Shown: positions 11,144-24,834, numbered from the stretch's first letter. The stretch: 64,000 nt of DNA from Octopus vulgaris (GCA_951406725.2 OX597827.1:4340001-4404000); one strand, 5' to 3'. The notes: a model not told the origin generated them from the letters alone. Numbers and translations are program-made.

Positions 11144-13674
11144 TGATTAATTAATAAGTAATGCCAGAGAATTGAATGAGTGTGGTTCAATTTAGTTAGT
11201 TTAAGTTGTAAGTTTAAAAGGAACAGAAGAGAAAACATTGTAACAGAATGATTTACAGTTGAGCATTGACAGTATAGAGCCAAGAGGACTCTTTAAACAT
11301 GTCCAAGACAAAGCAACTTCTCTGATGCTGATGCCATAATGAAATGCACCCAGTATACTCTGTAAAGTGATTGTGGAATGAACAGAAAAAATATCAAAGA
11401 TAACTCTTTAGTCTTGACTTGTTGAGTATATGATAACCTGACTTGTGTTAGTGTCACAATAAAGTGAACCAAGTACGCTTTGTTAAGTGACTGGTAATAA
11501 GAAGGACATCTAGCGATGGAAACCAACCCCAAAATGGAAAACATGGTCTTTCAATCTGTCCAAGAGAGCAGGAATTATAAATAACAATAATACACATAAC
11601 TCCAGTAAGTGCTAGCTTATCTAATTTTGAACTAAATATCAAACCTATCGTATGATTAAAATAACTAAAGAGATTACATTTTATTCAAAAGATATACACA
11701 GTTATCTCAAGTAATTCAAACAGAAAGATCTCTTCTAGTAAGGGAAGGAGAAAACAAGAAACAAAAATACTGAATTTTCTGAAGATCTTAAACAATTTCT
11801 GAGATCATTGTAGATATAGCTTTACAGAAACAGTTCAAGGAATAAATTTTTATTTTTTCTGTACTATGTAACATTGGATAAAACCTTCACTCTCTGACAA
11901 TATCCGTACTTCATGTATAGTTACTTTATATGTTCGCTCTTTAGAACAGCTGCATAGAAGAAAGAATGCCAATATTTTACTTGGATTTTCTTTAGATTCT
12001 CAATTTCTAACCAACAAGAGAAATTAATATACATCATAAAGTAGTATAGAAAAGAATCAGAACACCTGAAATGTCATTAGCATATTGATATTCATAAAAG
12101 AGAATGAAATAATGTAAGGAGCCATAACAGTAATAAACTCTGGTTATATCAAGTGGAAGGAAGTGGTTGTGACCATAAAGGAAAGAATTATGGAGTAATT
12201 CATGAAGAATATGCATCAAGAAACATAAATAAAGGTGAGAGGCAGAGTATAGCTATTGCTGTATTACTCATTCTTTTTATTGTGAAAGATAGTGAAATAA
12301 GTTTAAAAAAAGAGAAAAGAAAAAGAAACACATCATTGTTAAGTAAAATTATTGGGAAGATATAGAAGTTTAAAGAGACTTGAATATACATTTATGTAAA
12401 TAACTCACATGCCCATGTATACACTTGAGTATACACACAGGAAAAGCACAATAATATTTACACACGCAAACGTACATACACACGCACATGCATGTGTGTA
12501 GAATCTTATATGGGAAGACATTTTTTGTGCATGTATATATATATATATACACACACTGTATGGGGAAATATTCCTACACATAAATTCCCTAAATTTACAC
12601 ACACACATACACACACACACACACATATGTATAGATACACATACACTCACTCGTGTATTTATATATACATACATAATTATATTTGTGTGTGTGTATTGTA
12701 TGTTTGCATATATTCTTTAGTTAGTGAGTCGTATCTATGTACAGCCTATATATTTCTAATGCACAATTGTATATATTCACACACATTTAAATATTCATTC
12801 AAAAGCATGTACATATACTTACAAATACACTGCAAAATGACTCAAATTCTTTTCTTGAAAGTAAACAATATTTGAATATGTGTGCATATATAATTATAAA
12901 GTTAGAAAAGTCACTAAGTATATAGCCACTTTCTGAATGTTGCAAAACCATATTTGAATAATGAATGGTTGACACACAAAAGATCACCAACCAACAAGCT
13001 TTGATGCACATTATTGCTTACAGAAATGTGTATGATACTCTTTAAATATTTCTATCAGGGCATCAAAAATCCTCACCCACACCATACAGTAAAAGAAATA
13101 TCATGTGCATTTCATTCAAATGCTGCAACATTTTCATTGAGTGAGGAATATGTAATAAATATAACCTATGCAAATTGATGTGTCTAATAATGAAAATATT
13201 ATGAGGGATATGTTATATCTTTTGACACTGAATATTTGTGACTATATTGCATTGCTAATGAACGTGAATTCTGAAAATAACTCAAATTTCACGCAACCAT
13301 CTGAAGAGAATTGCTATAGGTTGAGCTTTAGAATTTTCTCTGTATCGCAAATGTTTAGCATATGCAGACTGAAACAGAAAATATAGAAAATTCCAAGGAG
13401 AGGAGTTTTATAAATGGTTTAATCAGCAAAGAAGGGCAATGACCTAAACTTTTCTTAGGGTTTCCAAGAATGTTGAGAGAAAGGAAAGAAATTGTTGTTA
13501 GATGGAAGACCTGGCTTGAAAGCTTACAAGGTGGAATCCACTGAAGGTATCCAAAAGCCAGCTGGGTACACCCAAAGGCCAACCAATTTACAGGTTAAAT
13601 CTACTACTCACTTTGATAGGAAACTGGAAAACCCAGCCACAAAGCTGGTGGTCATTATTCTGTAACAACTGCTG

Positions 13675-13733
13675 AGTTGTGTCCATAGTATCCTTTGTCT
13701 CAGTTGTGTCCATAATATCCTCTGTCTCAGTTG
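13675..13733. repeat. 27-bp tandem duplication within a probable decayed RTE 3' fragment
   Basis: AGTTGTGTCCATA(G/A)TATCCT(T/C)TGTCTC occurs twice. The downstream frame MMVASDKALWR resembles the RTE C-terminal DRxxWR motif. Confidence 0.6.
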
Positions 13734-14583
13734 GTCAAGCTTGGAAGTCCAGCCAATTAAACATAATGATGGTTGCTTCAGACAAGGCCCTATGGAGGTA
13801 TCCAAGGACTCTATTTCGATGACTGTTCCAGGAACAATGGGAAGAGAAACTGGATGGATGGACATAACCTAATGGGTCTGTGACATTATATAACAATGAT
13901 TGAGCCCACTCATGATGCTCACTTTTAGTTTGGTGTTTTTTTTTGTTGGATATATATATTGTTAAAATGAATTTTTTAGAAAACAAAATAACATCGTCTT
14001 TAGAAGATGCCTAACCAGCATCATTACACTGTCCTTCTGATACAGATATATCCATACATTATGTAGCCCTCTCACTTTCTGGCATTCACATATATTTGTT
14101 GTTTCACCTCTCACTACACACTCAATATGGTTTTGATATGGGCAGAAAAACGCAAAGTCAAAGCCACTTGATTAAGGAAGCCATCTGTGTACTGCAGGAG
14201 GAATTTGGATATGTATGTGTGATAATTTATACGTTCAAAATATATCCAGAATAGATAACACATTTCTGGGATTTGGATAATTTGCAAGAAATAAAAATAT
14301 AAATAGAAGCAGACTCACTAATTTTGAGGCCCTTGAGCTTAGGACATCACTTTCACATTTGTCATTCTGCATTAAGTATCAATTTGTTTAGTAGCTGGAA
14401 TCACGCCTATAACCAACTGGTTTGTCATAGGGTTGAAATATTTTGCATTATTCTTCATTTTGTTGTTGTAATACATGCATACACACACACACACACACAC
14501 ACACATGCACACATTTATAAGCATGCATATAAAGGAATCTATGTATGTATATAGGTGTATATGTTTATGTATGTAACTCCATA

Positions 14584-14632
<49 letters not shown>

Positions 14633-16537
14633 GTCTATCTATCTACACACTCACATACATTCACATACACGTAGCATAGAGACACATATAGTTTTTATAT
14701 ATGCATGCATATATATAGTCTTTCTATGTATATATAGAGCATGTCTTCCTATTTCCCCATCTATCTACCTATCTGCTAACCTCTCTATCATTTTGCAACC
14801 ATTCCTTGGCTGCCAAACAAAAATGGGACTTACAATGGCTATGGAATTTGGTAAGTTGCTAAAGGGCCTTCATAGTACTGAAGGCCATTAAATTCTATAA
14901 AATGGTCATGGATGGAATACTTTTGGTTATAAATTTGCTCATTCATAGCTGACCTGGGTTATACAATGATACTAGTAACAAAACAACTAGGAATAGGCAA
15001 TGCTGTGACTTTAAACAAATCCATATCAATATGTAGAAAATGATGAGAATATGACAACGAAACTTATATATAGCTCAAATATATCTCTGCATCTCTTTGA
15101 TTAATGGTATATTCAGTATTTGGGGAAAAAAATGAACTTTAAAATAAAAATCTCGTGACTTTCAGTCAATATGGTCAATATTTGTGTTAGTGTATGTCTA
15201 TGTGCTTGCATATGCACTCAAACATACATTAAACATACACATATTCACACCTACATTGTACAGTTCAGAAACAGACGAGTATGGAGATAAATATATATAT
15301 TGCAGTAAACAGTGTCATCTTGTAAATCCTAAAAATACTCACATGTGATGTATATGCATCAATGTAATCAAAAGATAATTCAATACTGGATCAGATATGA
15401 GAAGAATCTCATCAGACAGCTGGAGAGACAGACCAGTAGACAGACCAACTGACAAACAGACAGACCGACTGGCAGACAGGCAGATGACTAAGTGGGTGGA
15501 GAGACAAACGAATAAATGGTTGTAGGAATGTAATAAATTTGCATTCAATTTGTAGCCAATTGGTAAATCAGTTAACTATTTCAAAGATAACCCAGTTCAA
15601 TTCCTAGATCAATATATTGGATTTACATTATGGTAATTATATACCCAAAATTAATCAACAAAATCTAATAAATAAATATAGTTGTGTGTAAAATTTCTCT
15701 AATCTTGAAAAAGATTGATAGAACAAAACGCATAAACTAAATTATCGACTAATTTTGTCAAGAAAGGGGATATTATGGGTTTCATTTAGATTTTGGCATT
15801 TTGTTTGTAAAATAGTGTTAAGGGGTGCAGGAGGGAATCTATGGGTGTTGCTACATAGACTGAAACTAGGGGTGAAAGGACTGTAAGAAATAACTGAGAG
15901 CACACATATAAATAAAAACAAAAAAGGACATTGATTGCAGAAATATAGAACAGAGATGCTATTGATAAGAAAGCTTTAATTTGAAATTGTACAATTTATT
16001 ATAAGTCATAGAGCAGGAGATATCATTTATAAAAAATATATAGGGCAGAAATAATGATTTTATTGGGAAAAGAAATAGGGCAAAAAAATTATATTTATAT
16101 TAAACAAATTAATTCAGAATTATGTGCCAGCAACTGTATGTATGTTTGCATATACACAGACACATCTAATGTATGCATGTGTATGTGTGCATGTGTGTGT
16201 GTGCATGTGTGTGTGTGCATGTGTGTGTGTGTGTGTGAATTTATATACACACAAAGATGTATTTTTCTTTTTCATGAGCCCCCAGCACTCAGAAGGCCTG
16301 AGATTAACCTAGCTTCCACAGCATAGAAGTGACTTTGATTATAACGATCCCAACGAAATAGCATCCCTTTGAGTGAACTGGAGCAATGTGAAATAAATCC
16401 TTAAATCCTTAAAAATGTTTTAGCCCGAAGGCCGCGGCCATGCTGGGGCACCACCGCTGAGGTTTGCAAAACAACTGGTCTAGAAATTGAAATCATGCAC
16501 TTTCACACACATACACAGATAAGCACCAGCACACATA

Positions 16538-16578
<41 letters not shown>

Positions 16579-16659
16579 AAGATATATATATAGTTTGATA
16601 AGTGCCAATATATGCAACTCTCAGCCCTTGAGTCATTCCGTTGCTTTGCTGAATATTAA

Positions 16660-16914
16660 TAGAAGACCCATCTGCTTGAGAAGAAAACTCATCAAGCTGA
16701 GCAAAATCAGTGTCGTGGCAGATACTGGTATCACACAAATTGGCACATAAAGCACCCAGTATACTTTCAGAGTGGTTGGTGTTAGGAAGGGGATCCAGCC
16801 GTGGAAAACCATGCCAAATCAGACTGGACGCTGGTGCAGCCTTCCAGCATGCCAGCCCAGTCAAACTGTCCAACCCATGCCAGTATGGATAATGGGCATT
16901 AAATGATAATGATG
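16660..16914 (+). mobile_element. RTE-type LINE 3' end
   Basis: GAGTGGTTGGTGTTAGGAAGGG...AAACTGTCCAACCCATGCCAG...GATAATGATG tail. Confidence 0.7.
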
Positions 16915-16924
16915 TGTATGTAAT

Positions 16925-17255
16925 AGAACTTGTGGAAAAGGACGATCTGGGAAAACATGGGAGGAAGCATTGAAAGCCTCACAAGACACTGAGCCTCACA
17001 TAGGATATGACAAATGACCAAGATGTCTGGCACCTTGCCATTCTCAAGAAGACCCATCTATCACAGTAAAAACCTTACCTAAATTGACCTTGCCTGTGTT
17101 CGTGCCACATAAAAAGCACTAAATCCACTCTGCTGAGTGGTTGGTGTTAGGAAGGGCATCCAGCAGTAAAAGTCCTGCCAAAACAGTCACAGAAGTCTGG
17201 TGCAGGCTTCAGTCTGACTGGCTCTTGTAATACTGTCCCAGCCATGCCAATACAT
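16925..17255 (+). mobile_element. RTE-type LINE 3' end with ORF C-terminal remnant
   Basis: Translates as RTCGKGRSGKTWEEALK then, after a frameshift, KTLSLT*DMTNDQDVWHLAILKKT (RTE GRPxxTW...DRxxWR region). The shared 3' UTR follows. Confidence 0.8.
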
Positions 17256-17409
17256 AAAGCAATATTAAAACTTATCAAAATTTCTAAGTGGTAAAAACAA
17301 GAAAAATAATTAATTAAAGAGAATCTGCTGTTAATGATAAATAAAATCAGCATTCTACCGAAACTAGGTAAATAAAACCATCGAACAGAGATTGTCGGAA
17401 GCGACACCT

Positions 17410-17471
17410 ACTGGCTGGCTACACTGCATTGAAAAGGGGCAATACTCCGAAACGCGTCTGTAGCTGCCGGT
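17410..17471 (+). ncRNA. Type I hammerhead ribozyme, copy 1 (predicted cleavage after C17458)
   Basis: CTGCA-TTGAAAA-GGGG-CAATA-CTCC-GAAA-CGCG-TC/-TGTAG: stem I CTGCA/TGTAG, U3-A8 core, stem II, palindromic CGCG stem III and GUC triplet. Distal stem I is ACTGGC/GCCGGT. Confidence 0.8.
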
Positions 17472-17771
17472 CAAGTAGTGTGGAGCGATTGACCTCCCTT
17501 GTTCGAAGGTTATATGGATACAGTTTGTGTATCAAATAGCTAACTTAAGGCGATGGCCTCATGGAGCTAATAAGCGGACAGCTTTTTTCTTATTTTTATA
17601 AGAATGCCATATTAGTATGGCGATAACTATTATTTTCCGGGAACGCTGCCGCTGTTCTCTTTTAGAGAGACTTAGTTATTTTAATATTTCAATTATTGAA
17701 AACAAGTGGATGTATTCCACCGAAACTAGGTAAATAAAACCATCGAACAGAGATTGTCGGAAGCGACACCT

Positions 17772-17833
17772 ACTGGCTGGCTACGCTGCATTGAAAAGGG
17801 GCAATACTCCGAAACGCGTCTGTAGCTGCCGGT
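17772..17833 (+). ncRNA. Type I hammerhead ribozyme, copy 2 (predicted cleavage after C17820)
   Basis: Same motif with a 6-bp proximal stem I, GCTGCA/TGTAGC. Confidence 0.82.
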
Positions 17834-18686
17834 CAAGTAGTGTGGAGCGACTGACCTCCCTTGTTCGAAGGTTATATGGATACAGTTTGTGTATCAAATA
17901 GCTAACTTAAGGCGATGGCCTCATGGAGCTAATAAGCGGACAGCTTTTTTCTTATTTTTATAAGAATGCCATATTAGTATGGCGATAACTATTATTAGCT
18001 TATTAGTAGTTTTATCATAATTATAGAAATTATGAAATTGTATCAAAACTCATTATTGATGTTAGAATATTATATAAATCCTTATAATTATAGAAATTTA
18101 TTCTGTTTACTTGAATTTGAAGAACCTCAGCTTGGTGGCATTTATTGAAAGATGGATGGAGCACAGTTAATGATATCTTTCAATAAATGAATACTGAAAA
18201 ATGGCAATGCATAATTTTATATTTATTTCTGTGTCAAGGATCAGCAGCTTGCAGGTCCTTATACTTAACCTTGTGTACCCAAAAGGGATTTGTAGAGAGC
18301 AATCAACTTAAGAAGCTTGATCCTGAATTTGGAAGTCAAGCATGCTATAAAACAAAAACAAAGAAAAAAGGAACGCAAAAAAAAAAGGAAAAGAAAAGAA
18401 ACTCAGTGATATTTCATGGATAGGAATGTTTTAGTAAAGAGAGAGAGGTGGAGGTGATGGATAATGTATAACGACCAGTCCACAGCCTCAGGGTGGAACT
18501 TACACAAACACACAGTAATGATGAGATGACAACTGAGTGGCATGGCTGGAATAGAAAGAAGAGGGAATGGGTGGTGGTGGTGGTGGTGGTGGTGGTGGTG
18601 GTAGTGGTAGTGTTTGGGATAAGTTGAGTGAGACTTGCTCTTATTCAAACACATTGAAATTGCATATGCATATATATATGTTTAAG

Positions 18687-18740
<54 letters not shown>

Positions 18741-18741
18741 A

Positions 18742-18811
<70 letters not shown>

Positions 18812-18813
18812 AA

Positions 18814-18846
<33 letters not shown>

Positions 18847-19011
18847 ATCTATATATATATATATGTATGTATATGTATATATAGATACATATAAGAGAGA
18901 GAGAGAAAGATAGATAGATAGATAAAAATATATATATATATATGCTTATATATATATGTATATATACATATATATATATATGTATATGTATATATGTATA
19001 CATATAAATGC

Positions 19012-19047
<36 letters not shown>

Positions 19048-19135
19048 ACACAAACACACACACACACATACATATACATACATATATGTATACATACATG
19101 TACATAAACACACACAGACGCGTTCATACACACAC
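18687..19135. repeat. Compound microsatellite (TATC)n-(TC)n-(TA)n-(CA)n
   Basis: Directly visible simple repeats. Confidence 0.95.
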
Positions 19136-19157
19136 AAAGTTACTCACACAGATAGGA

Positions 19158-19390
19158 GACTAGCTTCTTTGTAGTGTTGCCATAGTAATTGCAGTAGAAA
19201 AGTCTGATAACCTAGATGATGCAGCATTGGGATAAATAACTAGCCAAGTAATTGAGTTATATTTGCTGGGATTTGAAATGGACTGAGTGGATGGAACAGA
19301 TACACAGAGTGTAATTTGATTGCAACATGATGACAATGGGGATGAAAAGTGTCGGTTGTGTATAGGTGGAAATGGAAGTAATACATGGTA
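19158..19390 (-). mobile_element. Decayed LINE ORF2 C-terminal fragment
   Basis: Minus frame [17 protein letters not shown] resembles the LINE motif SLFYRYYHGxCSxEL. Confidence 0.35.
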
Positions 19391-19445
19391 CCACATAAAT
19401 TGTTTAAGAGAGATAAACAGCTAAAGAAAGAGAAAGAGAGAGAGA

Positions 19446-19508
<63 letters not shown>

Positions 19509-21039
19509 AAAGTGAGAGTGAGAGAGAGACAGAGAGACTGAGACACACATAAGATTAGAACAAAGGGTTATATATTATATACAGAGGTCCATAAATTCTT
19601 TTTTATTTTCTTTCCTTTTTCTTTCTTTTCCATTCATCCTCAGAGCCACCACTACTACCATCATCACCACCACCACCATCATTGCCACCACCACCACCAA
19701 CACCACCATCATCATCAACATCATCTATCCATCCAACCATCCAGCCATCCAGCCATCCAGCCATTCATCCATCCATCCATCCATCCATCCTCTTTAGTCT
19801 CCTCATCCTTCCCTTCGCCTGCCTTGCAACAAAATAATCGTAAAAATGATGTGATATCTTCTGGTCTAAAGAATTCAGTACTAGGAAATTTTCACACAGC
19901 TTAGCAATTAATAGAAGCACAATGAAACATTACTTTTGTTGGTAGCTGCACCTGCTGAGGCATAAAAAATATTTTAATGTACCTACAAAACTAGCACGTC
20001 TGGGTCGTATAGGGTAAATCACTTTAGTCAATCAATTTCTCTCTACTTTAACTCTTTGCCTCCCAGAGGCACTATTTTTCTATGAGTTCATGCCAAATTT
20101 TCCATCTCTCTTTTTCATTCGATACTTTTGTTTTTCTACTTGTATTTATGTAGCCATCATGATATTTTGAGGTTAAATTTTACCATAATTACTTTTAGAA
20201 GTGTTTTTATATTTGCATTCCTTTCCTTTTTCTTTCTTTTTTGTTTATTTTTGTACTTTTTTTATTTACTTCTCTTTTAGATATTTCCTTGTATAATATA
20301 TTTATCATGTCTTACAATCACCAAGTAGTTGTTGCTCTAGGGAAAACTACCCGATAAACATTTATAGAAAACCCACCACACAAAATTTCATTCTCGACTG
20401 CACTGAAGAGAAAACAAAAACAACAACAACAACAACAGTAGTAACTACAATAATCGTAAGTAAATAAATAAGCAATTTATTTCATAGACAAACGTTTACT
20501 CTTGAATACTCACCAATAATTTCCCCCTCATTGAGCTACGATCTACCTCTATATCAATGCTATTTCTATTACAAAGATCTCAGCTTCTCTCAAGTTAATC
20601 AATGCTATACCACATCTCTTTAAAACCACTTGATGCCCTTTTCTCCCCTCCTACTATCCTTATCCTTGTACCCCAGCTCACCAGAGAGTGTTGAATATAT
20701 TATACTTTGGAGTTGTGCTTGTTTCTGCAAGTGATTTCATTTGAGACTGTATTGAAGCCAAAAGTTATAACAAGGAAGAAAAGCCATTTTAACCATTTAA
20801 AGACACACAAAACAGTTATCGTTTATCTGCACCCATGTTGCATGCTGGGGCACTGTCTTGAAGGGTTTTATGCAAGTAAATCCCCTCCAGTACTTATCTT
20901 TAAGTCAGTTACTTATTATATTGGTCTACTTTGCTAAACTGCTAAGTTACGGGAATGTACACAAGCTAGCACCAGTTGTCAAGTGGCTGTGGAGGGACAA
21001 ACATAGACACAAAGATACACTCACACAGGCATGTATATG

Positions 21040-21092
<53 letters not shown>

Positions 21093-21665
21093 TAGTACCA
21101 GACATTAAAAAAACATAGTTAGTGGGGCCAATTTGTTTGATTATAATCTTTGAAGTTGATGCTCCAGCATGGCTGTAGTACAATGACTGAAACTCGTAAA
21201 AGATAAAAGCTGGTCATTCAAACAGTGCTTATCATGTGACAATACAAAGGCAGCTTCCTGATTGCTTTCCTTCACATGATTTTTTTTTTTTTTTTGCAAG
21301 AGACCATCTTGCCAGCTAATAGAAACTAGCTTGCCACTCAAAATGTGGACAGCCAGAACAAATACCACCAGGTATCTAGTTCACTGCTCTAACAATGCCC
21401 CCAATCCACCACCCTGGACTGGGGATTTGTTTTATTGACCCCAAAAAGGATGAAAGGCAAAGATGACTTCAGCAGGATTTGAGCTCAGAATGTAAGAAGC
21501 TGAAGAAACAACTATTTCAAGGTATATTGTTCAAAGTGCTATTGAATCAGTTGATTTTTTGCTTCAACATTAACCTCATTTGAATATCTGGCTTCAAGAA
21601 GTCAGCAATGGTTCTGTACATAGTCACTCAATTTGCCAGAAATAGCAGTCAAATCTTCCTCAAAA

Positions 21666-21985
21666 TCATCATCATCTTCATATAATGTCTGTTTTCTCTG
21701 TAGTAATGGGGTGGACAGTTCAGCAGGGGCTAGTGAGTTAGAAGACTATCAAACCCCGATATCTGCCTTGGCATGATTTCTACGGCTAGATGCCCTTCCT
21801 TTACACCAACTTCTTTACTAAGTGTACAAAGTGCTTTTTACACGGCACCAGTACTAGCAAGGTTCCTGTATAATTTACAACTCTCAACTAATGTGAGAGT
21901 TGTATTGGGGGGAGGTGGTTTTTATGCCGGGTGATAAAGGGCAAAAGTATGTTAGAGGGACAGAAACTGGTGTTTTGCTATACGG
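21666..21985 (-). mobile_element. RTE-type LINE 3' end, diverged
   Basis: (TCA)n tail, then GGTGGACAGTT...CTAGATGCCCTTCCT...GTGCTTTTTACACGGCACC, the reverse complement of the shared 3' UTR. Confidence 0.65.
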
Positions 21986-22557
21986 AGATATGTGATCCTT
22001 AAAAAAAAAAGAATACATAAGCTAATATAAGCCAATATACACTATTGAGGGAAATAAAGATGGAATAATCATGTGAGGAATACTTTTTGCATTAGTCTGC
22101 TCATCAAGGAGGACTAGAATATTTGAGATATTTTGTTTGTGATCTCTGGTTTCAGAGGTCAAGTCTAGGAGAATTCAACTATACTTTTAAATCTACCTTA
22201 GTTCAATAAAATAAGCATTATAAAGGTGCTAGGGTCAATTTAACTTGCTAAGATTCCATCCTTTTGCAAATAATTAGTGCCTTGTGTTGAGATAAAAATC
22301 AAAAAAAGAATTACCTATTTTCTTTGATTTTTTTTTTCTCAGAAAGTTTACATCTAAACGAATAAACACTTCCATAGATTTTCAAAGAAAAGCAATGATT
22401 GAGTATTTTGTTTAGTATATCAAGGAGTGATGGCAAAAAGAATGAATAAGGGATAGGAAGAAAAAAAAACTTGATTTATATATATATATAAGTATGTATG
22501 TATATGTAAATATATGTATGTATATATGTACGTACATACATACTTACATACATTTAC

Positions 22558-22590
<33 letters not shown>

Positions 22591-23099
22591 TGCAGATGTA
22601 TATATTTATATATAAATTTTTTTATGTTTCAGCGCTAGACATGGTTTTTCAACAACAGACTCAAGAACATCCGCACCAACACAGCACAAAGAAACTCAAG
22701 CAACCTTTATGTTGATTTATGTTGATTGATCTTTGAAATTAAATTTAAAAAATAAATAAAAAAAGACAAAGATGTTTATACTAATGATGGGTTGAATACA
22801 TTCAACAAAATGAATGAAAATACTTTGCTGTCAACTCATAGTTACTGCCATAATTACATGTTTAAACAGTTTTCGAGATTTGTTTCCAAGTTTGCAACAA
22901 GATTTTTAAGTGTCAAAAAAAAATTTTTTTTAAACTATATATACATGCACACATACAAACACACACACACATATACTTATATGTGTGTAAATATATTTAT
23001 ATATATACACATACACATACTCAAAAATAAATCAGTCTAAGAAAAGAATGAATAATAAATTAAATCAGGTAGATAATGTGTTATTTTGATGAACATTAA

Positions 23100-23317
23100 C
23101 CCTTTAGTGTTCAGATTATTCTATCAAACATAATGTTTATTGATTCCCATTGATTTGTATTAATCATGCATTATCTCATATCTTCAAGATCTTGATGGTG
23201 TAATTACTTAATGTAGAATAACATTGTAGGGTAGGTGTGAGAGCCTGGATCTGGTCAGTTTGAACATAAAACAGATTAGCTATTTTGGCCGGATATGGCC
23301 GGTTTAAATACTAAAGG
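23100..23317. mobile_element. piggyBac-like MITE
   Basis: TTAA at 23096-23099 and 23318-23321. Ends CCCTTTAGT / ACTAAAGG. Confidence 0.7.
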
Positions 23318-23756
23318 TTAAAGATTGATGAACAGAGACATATCAATCTGAAGTCTTCATTATGAATATAACCTTAGTGTACTTCTCTAGCTGATACCCT
23401 AAAATCTGTATAGAGAAGACTTTGCTAAGAATTGTGAAAAAAAAATTGTAAAGCTACCAAGTTCAATGATGTTTACTTATACTGACACCAAACATTTTAT
23501 ATTTAGAGGAGAAGCATTGGAGAAACACAAAGATAATTGACCAAACTCAGTAAACAGGTTTCAGAATATAGCTCAGAGTGGCCCGTGGCATGTATTTGAA
23601 TAACATAGAGAAGTACAGGTATATCAAATATCATACACCATAAATCCTTGACTTATTTAAATTGTTACAACCACTAGAGGTTGCATCATAACTACCAAAT
23701 GACAAGACCAGCTCCACTTGAGATTCAAGGACTCTAAGGAAAAGGAAAGACTTATT

Positions 23757-23881
23757 CCAGTTCTATATTTAAGGGATGAAGAATTACGTACATTATTTAC
23801 ATTATTTACATTTGACGGATATTTGTCCTCATCAAGATTAGGACAAATATCCGTCAAATGTAAATAATGTAAATAATGTAA
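23757..23881. mobile_element. Short fold-back insertion with 11-bp target-site duplication (probable Penelope-like remnant)
   Basis: Perfect 41-bp inverted arms at 23789-23829 and 23840-23880. AAAGACTTATT is duplicated at 23746-23756 and 23882-23892. Confidence 0.7.
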
Positions 23882-24834
23882 AAAGACTTATTGTCTGACC
23901 TTAATTCCAGTAGCCAAAGGACTAAAACTAATGCTAAACAGAGTAAAACACATTTATGGATTTGACAATTACCTAAGCCATAGATTATCTGTATTTGTCT
24001 ATGTCATTCAGAATATGTCAATATATGTAAAAGTCTCCAAATACATTGTGGTATTTTTTCTACCTTTCTCTGCTCTGAGTTCACATTTTGCCAATGTCAA
24101 CATTTTTTTCTTGTTTAGCAGCAGAAGAAATAGAGTAGCAATCCATTGTGGTGCATTAGAAGAATTTTCAGAACACTGACCAAACTTGTCTTGTAATATT
24201 TGTTCCCACACTTTGTATTCTGAGTTCTAAGGTAACAAAGTTAATCAGCCAACCAGTTTTGCACTACTTCCTGAACCTTAGGTGCTTTTAAGTAAAGTTT
24301 ACTCTAATGCAAGCATTCTGATCGGGTTTATAGCTTGAGATCCTGAAAAAACAAACTTATGGGTGCTAACTTCATTCCCTGACTAATAAGTAAAAAAAGG
24401 CCCCAGCTGGTCCTTCTGAACTATGTTTTCATGACACAAAGTGATTGAGAAATAAATATCTGTCAAGGTAGATTGTCCGACTGCATCAAGAAATATTTCC
24501 AGATGACCTAATATCTAGTCTAGATAGCAGGATTAACTCAGTTAAAGCAGTCAATGCAGACAACGTAGAAGAATTCTTCTGCATAGTAGCAAAATAACTT
24601 ATTCCGCTCAGCAAACTTTATATACTTACTATTTGCTAACATGGATCATCATAAGATTCCTCACATTCTACTGCTTCACTAGAATAGTGAGTGCTGAAAT
24701 GTTCTCTAATATAGAGTAACATTCTACTTTGGTAGGTATTCATCTCTGAACTGCTTTATGGTATGAAACCAGAGTTAATCTCTAGATCTCAAGAACCAGC
24801 TGGGACTTTTGTTTGTATTATTTAGTCAGGGAAA

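Larger units (their letters stand above)
17352..17996 (+). mobile_element. Candidate non-LTR retrozyme: 362-bp tandem repeat (~1.8 units) with hammerhead ribozymes
   Basis: 17352-17634 repeats at 17714-17996 with only 3 transitions in 283 bp. Each unit has a type I hammerhead motif. The region is CpG-rich relative to its flanks. Confidence 0.8.

Noticed and set aside
13282-13370. Minus-strand acceptor (TTTTCTGTTTCAG) followed by SAYAKHLRYRENSKAQPIAILFRWLREI*
   Set aside because: Short, with no recognisable homology or partner exon. Such acceptors arise often by chance in AT-rich DNA.
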